NCBI GenBank assembly: GCA_964016885.1
Contig: OZ024742.1
Location: 130,696,001 to 130,760,000, forward strand
Direction of reading: 5' to 3'
Length of the DNA: 64,000 nt
Origin: Eledone cirrhosa
Taxonomy: Eukaryota
Shown: one piece after another, positions 57,911-64,000 of the stretch
Position numbering within the stretch: the stretch's first letter is position 1
Layout of the letters: every line of letters begins with the position of its first letter
Program-made: the position numbers and the translations under genes
Notes under the pieces: generated by a model
Databases searched by the model: none
What the model saw: only the letters and a program-made list of their open reading frames with translations
Told to the model about the DNA's origin: nothing

Positions 57911-58979
57911 CATGTCAGATGCGGTCGAATGTCTTGTTTTCACAGTTGTCAAGAGCAACACCATTGTTTTCATCAAAGCCAAAAGAGTCTTCACTAATTT
58001 TACAGAGTCCATTTACACATCGCTCTTCAATTAGGATGACTTTCTTACTTCAGCCAGTCAACAAAGCACATTTAAAACTCTCCATCGTTTTTACACACGT
58101 AGTAAGCTCCTCCCATACACAGTTGCCAACTGTGAAAGTGTATATCGGTCTAATACAACTAGGTGACCGACTCTGGTGGTTTTCTCTCTATACCCCTCAA
58201 ACTGTACACCTCACCAGACAGTTAAAACTTTCTCATCCAAATCTACAGTCTTGGGTGGCTGAATTAAAGAGCTTCAAGGGACATAACTCATTACTTGTTA
58301 AATGTATATAGCTTAGAGTGTTATTTCACTTGGGTCGACTGGGAAAACAAACGAAGAAATATATAAATGAGAATTTGAAATCTTAAAATAATAAGTATCT
58401 TAGGTAGAAGACAAAAATTAATTAGGAATGATATGTGTGCATTAAAATACTTTATTTCAGTCGCACGTGATGGGAGTTTTGATCATCATTCGTTTATTCG
58501 TTTGAAGATTGTTCGTTTGAAGTGTCCAGCAACTTGAAGCATGAAGTCAAGATGTATAAGCATTAAGAGATTATTCACAATACATATATAGCTTTACTAT
58601 ATATCTAATATAAAAACATAAAACCTACTCTCTCTTTCTCCCCCTCTCTCTCTCTCTATCTCTATATATATACATATATACACATACACCGACTCTCACT
58701 CTCTTTCTCCCGCTCCCCTCCCTCTTTCTCTCTCTCTTTATATATATATATATAGGTTAGTATATATATATATAGTTGGTTAGGTGATGGGTTCATTACC
58801 ATAATTATATGGGTTCGATTCACGGATTAGGCAACACGTTGCACTAGTCCACTCCCCCCCCACTGTCTCACCATCATCTTCATCATAAGATAGGCTAACG
58901 TCAGTCATGTACTTGGATATGTTCCTACCTGATGGCCGTCTGGGGTTGGGACACACTTTAACCGTTAACCATATGTGTA

Positions 58980-59118
<139 letters not shown>

Positions 59119-59325
59119 GAATAATCGAGTATCGAAAAATCGGCTCACGAGTTCACGATAAACAAATTCGACATGAGTGGCAGAGGGCTCAATAATTCAG
59201 ATAAATCAGAGCTATAACTATCGTTAAAATACCAACACACAAAGATTATGTCTAAAATCACCCATATGACCGAAAAATTACGATCAGGAAGATTCGGGTC
59301 ACTCAGATAAAATATCAATAAATCA

Positions 59326-59362
<37 letters not shown>

Positions 59363-59430
59363 GATATGTCCCAAGGCTCTGATACCATCAACACTATACA
59401 CACAGAGCTGGCATATCTAAGAACTGACTA

Positions 59431-59486
59431 ACTGCCTGATGAGGTCATAGCCATTCAATGGCTATCATCGAAATATATATAGCAGT
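59431..59486 (+). ncRNA. Minimal type I hammerhead ribozyme (PLE-associated)
   Basis: ACUGC-CUGAUGA-GGUcAUAGCCAU-uca-AUGGCUAUcAUC-GAAA-UAUAUAU-A-GCAGU; homolog of 14241 with a compensatory base-pair change. Confidence 0.82.
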
Positions 59487-59527
59487 AAATAAAGGATTAT
59501 GAGTTCATGCAATTGACTTATGTTTCG

Positions 59528-59570
<43 letters not shown>

Positions 59571-59594
59571 TATATATATAATATATATATATAA

Positions 59595-59785
59595 TAATAA
59601 TAATTGTTTCTACTTTTGGCACAAGGCCAGCAATTACCCAGTGCATTATTGGTACTTTATTTTATCGACCCCGTAAGGATGAAAGGCAAAGTTAACCTCG
59701 GCGGGATTTGAACTCAGAATGGCAAGGGGCGTAACTCTATGCGTCAAAGCATGGCGTCCGACCCTCTACTGATACTGCCAATCCA
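59595..59785 (-). mobile_element. SINE family A, full length, abutting the CR1 (ATT)n tail
   Basis: Consensus match. Confidence 0.92.
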
Positions 59786-60497
59786 ATAATAATAATGAAA
59801 TTATTGTGTACAGTGCTCAGGTGCACTACAACTCGTCAAAGGTGCATGTATAGTACATAGAATAATATACAAATGTCGGGGAAGTGAATAGTGTATAAGT
59901 CATGATATACATGTGTGCGTGTGTAGTATTGGCGAATCTCAGGAAACATGGAGGTTTTAAAGGATGCAGTGTCTCGACAGCTAACAACTGACGCAGGTAG
60001 TTTGTTCCATGCTTCAGCAACTCTGAGCGTGAAAAAATGTTTCCGAAAGTCATGGGAGCTGTGCTGTTTTCTGACTTTGTTGGCATGCTCACGTGTGTTA
60101 GACACATGGAAATCAAAAAGGTGCTCAGGGTTGTTGTTGGCAAGATGGTTAGTAATTTTGTGGGTGTTTACCATGTCAGTTGCCAGACGTCGGAGCTTCA
60201 ATGTATCCATGCCCAGGGAAGCAAGGTGTTCAGAGTATGGTAGATGCCTGATGGAGGGTATTCGCTTGGTTGCACGTATCTGAACAGTTTCCAGGCGGTC
60301 AATGTTCTGAGCAAGATAGGGGTTCCAGACTGGTGATGCAAATTCTAAGTGTGGCTGTACCATAGCTATATACAGCTTTAAATAGATAGCTGGAGAGCGG
60401 CTGACAAAGGTGCTAAGACACCCTCGGCCTTCTTGACAATTTTAGAGACGTGCTTCGTCCAACATAAATCGCTGCTGACCGTAATGCCTAGGTCTGT
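59786..60497 (-). mobile_element. CR1-clade LINE 3' fragment
   Basis: DLGITVSSDL, VQPHLEFASPVWNP, LETVQIRATKRI, LKLRRL..D, RKHFFTLRVAEAWNKLP; (ATT)n tail. Confidence 0.92.
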
Positions 60498-60529
60498 GAT
60501 ATTTACCAGTCTGTGATCCATATATATAT

Positions 60530-60695
60530 ATACGGTTCCTGGACCCCGGCGATGCGTTATGTCCTGAAGAAAAACACATTATTTCACGTTGCTCCTTCTA
60601 CCTGGAGTTGTGACCGATTGATAGTATTAACATTGGAAAGACCAACGGAAACATTGTTTCCTCGGCTCGATTTGACGAAAGTCGATCGACGAAAA
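60530..60695 (+). mobile_element. CORE-type SINE (tail type 2), truncated
   Basis: Tail cctcggctcgatttgacgaaagtc shared with the 43305 copy. Confidence 0.7.
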
Positions 60696-61849
60696 AAAAA
60701 AAAAAAATATATATATAGAGAGAAAAATATGAAAATTGAAGGCCAAGACAATGCGAAATGGACGAACAAGAAAATAAGATGAAACAACATGTTATGTGTT
60801 ACACACACACACACACACACATACACACACACACAGACACACGCATATATATACATACATTTCAATCATATTTCCATCATATTTCAATCATATCTCATTT
60901 TGTTTGACCCGTTTAGCTTGTTCGCATTTTTGGCTATGGTGGTTAATGGCTTCTTAACCATCGTCTCAGCGTGTATGACTATTTTAACTTATGTTTATAG
61001 CTCTGGTATCTTCTCCTTCATATCCATGGAGCGCTTGTCTGCACAATATGGAAGTTGCGTTTCGCTAATTTCTACCCGCCGAAATGAGATTCTCGGTAAA
61101 TTTATATTTGTATTAATCTCCCAAGTCAAGCGATTAACCAGTTAATTTTTTCTTTTGGGGCTTTTAGTTAATTCTATTGGCTGATTAATCGCTTAAGTTT
61201 ATTTTAAAAACAACTCGGTAGAGAGCTTAATTCGTTCTGTGCGGTTTTTGCAAATTTTTGCAATACTTTTTTTTATCCCGTTTGTAAATTAAGTTGGATT
61301 ACTTTGAATAAATAATGAATGAATATTACATAATTAATCTACTAAATTTGGTGGCTGTTCATTAAATATATTTTATTATTTATTTAAAGATTCCCTTCTT
61401 TAAAATTTTCAAATATCAACACTTCCTTAAATAAACATTCATATATTTCCGTCACTAATTTTCTCTTAATGTAGTTTATATATAATATCATTTTTTAAAA
61501 ATGTATCATAGATTACCTTACTGATTACATAAAAGAGTAAGTATTCGTTCAATTTCTGTGGATATTGTCAATTACCATTTTATTTGATGTATCATATCTA
61601 CATACTTGCGTATAATATCAATATGCACACTGCACATGCTAGCAGAAAACCACCCTTCGGGAGATTTTCAGCCAGTGTATTGTAATGGACTTCAACATAT
61701 TTTAGTTAATTGGTTGTCAATCCCGCATTCGGCTCAGTCTGAGTGTGTGAATGAAGGCCACATATGAGGAGTACACACGAACTGAGACAAATATGGGATT
61801 GGATACCAATGGTAGTAATTAAAATATATTGAAACTCATTATAATACAC

Positions 61850-61974
<125 letters not shown>

Positions 61975-62092
61975 TATTACATATATATGAATATATATAT
62001 ACATATATATATATAAATATATATACACATATATATACATATATATATACACATATATATACATATATATATATATAAATATATATACACAC

Positions 62093-62162
<70 letters not shown>

Positions 62163-62831
62163 GCGCACACACACACACACATATATATATATATGTATAT
62201 ATATATATGTATATATATATATATGTATATATATGTATATATATATATATATATATGTATAAATATATATATATATGTATATAATGTTTTTGAAAAAACT
62301 AATTAACCCACGTGAATATTATTTTCTTTTCTCGTGAATCGTGGTTGTCTCCCTTTCCCGCTTCGTGACGCTATGAAACTTCCTCAGTCAAAAGACTGCT
62401 GGAATTTCAAATTTGGCGGTCATTCGATGCGTGAAGGAGCAGCTTAGCAGACACGATTTTTAACTGCGGTAAGAATTTTTTCTTATATCAAAGTTTAATG
62501 GGCTTCCACTGAAGATTTATAAGTGCCTACCTAAATATATTCTTACATGAATATATGTTAGGCTTCTACATAAACTGGAAACATTCTCCCAATTTGTAGA
62601 AAACTTATAATGAAACAATTGTTTGGAAAGAGAGATATATTTTAACTTTAATTATATCTCATAAAATAATACAACTGGCTTTCCACAAAATACATATAGT
62701 TAGCACCCAAAACACTTAAATTGGGTTTATACTAACATATAACCTAATGTTTGTTGAGTGAGATGGTTACCAGTCGGAGTTTAGCTTTAAGCTATCTCTG
62801 TTATTGTATTAAATATATGTATATATATATA

Positions 62832-64000
62832 TATCAAAATAAAGATCCGAAGGCATGGTATAAATTTCCAATCATTTTAATCACGACACGTGTCTCAATA
62901 AGAGATAGATCGATCGTGTGGTCATGATCGATTATCACTGATCTCATCAGGTGAATAATGAAATGTCTTCAAATCTTTGATATGAGGGAAGAAAAAACTA
63001 ACGATGTTCACTCACAGAGTTTTGTTCTCCATATGAAGATACAGCAGCCAAAACACGCCAACTGCTATCGTCTTCAGTCAGGGTCATAAATTTATCAAGT
63101 CGCTATCTCTCAATAGCTGTAAAAGACGCTGGCCTTCGGATCTTTATTTTGATACAAATACATCATCTAGCTGTTCCCATAAATGGAATTGGAGATATAC
63201 AAAAGCGCGGAGAACTTAATATTGCTAACACAAGTTTATTGGACCGTATGACACAACCAATAATACACCTTACTATATAACAACTTAAAGCTCCTAATTC
63301 TGTTGAGCACTTAATGCTGTTAAGCAAAGAATATGATGGAGAAATTCTCGGTGAACTATCCGCTTAAGGACATCCCTATGCCTAGCATATAAGAATTTAC
63401 AAGGTTGGCGATAGGTAAATCGGACTCCTTTGTCCGCAGACTGGGTTGGAAGGCCTTCCACTTGGATAGAGGAACACTAAAAAACCACTCCAGGGAGGGA
63501 ACGCGCGGCATCGAGGGAAAATTCAAATCCAGAAGAAACCCACCGCACAATAAGTACCTGGAGGAATTCGAAAATGAAATGACTAACATAGTGTCCAGCC
63601 TTAAGTTCAGGAAAAACTCACTCAGGGGAAAGAGCTACTTAAAACGACTGAACGGTGATCTAGGAAAACTAAAGAACTCGACCGGCATTCTGGTGCACGC
63701 GGATAAAACGAACAATCTATACGATATGGATAGAGTAACCTATGATGACCTGATAATCAGAGAACTTAGAAAAAACTACAAGAAAACTACACAGGCCAGC
63801 CTGGATCTAATCAGCACGGAGGCCAATAGCGTCATGACTAAACTGGGTATTGAAAATAAAATTGAGCCGTTCCATCCTAGAATTCCGAGTATTTTATTGA
63901 AAGACCACAAATTAAACTTTGAATCGTCAAGACCTGTCAGGCTAATAGCCCCTTCGAAATCTGGCATAGGAATCGTGAGTAAAAACATCCTTGATATAAT
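62832..64000 (+). mobile_element. Penelope-like element 5' portion (inverted terminal repeat and start of RT ORF)
   Basis: 23-bp inverted repeat 62832-62854 / 63132-63154, degenerate minus-strand hammerhead 62881-62954, ORF downstream. Confidence 0.75.
63333..64000 (+). pseudogene. PLE reverse transcriptase N-terminal region (one in-frame TAA at 63390, then open to the window end)
   Basis: My translation gives YPLKDIPMP, RRLGWKAF, FKS, LEEFE, VHADKTNNLY, LKDHKLNF and RLIAPSKSGIGIVSKNILD, resembling PLE N-terminal, ADK and RT motifs. Absent from the ORF track because it is incomplete. Confidence 0.75.

Noticed and set aside
57892-58311. 139-aa ORF in apparently unique sequence
   Set aside because: No motif recognised in the frames examined, and it starts within a SINE tail.
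63030-63080. SECIS element near the PLE (AUGA...AAAA hairpin)
   Set aside because: The 3' GA of the non-Watson-Crick quartet is missing, it lies upstream of the ORF, and the in-frame stop is TAA rather than TGA.

Overview
Repeat-saturated, AT-rich eukaryotic DNA with no host protein-coding exon that I can support. It is most likely cephalopod/octopus, inferred from the SINE families and the extreme microsatellite load; this is not confirmed. Main contents: (1) an 8.2-kb stack of L1/Tx1-like LINEs (28.3-36.5 kb), including a near-full-length copy nested inside a sister copy, flanked by a 232-bp duplication and carrying a 5' inversion; (2) many Penelope-like element (PLE) remnants with minimal hammerhead ribozymes and fold-back palindromes, and a PLE ORF running off the right end; (3) remnants of R4/Dong-, CRE-, RTE- and CR1-like LINEs, a mariner and a non-autonomous Helitron; (4) about 25 copies of one tRNA-derived SINE and 6 copies of a CORE-type SINE with three alternative tails; (5) large tandem arrays: a 30-bp unit over 4.8 kb, 76 copies of a 22-bp unit inside an R4 endonuclease domain, a 20-bp unit, and GGT- and TA-based arrays. 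Nearly all long ORFs in the track are artefacts of simple repeats. All calls were read by eye and coordinates of degraded elements are approximate.
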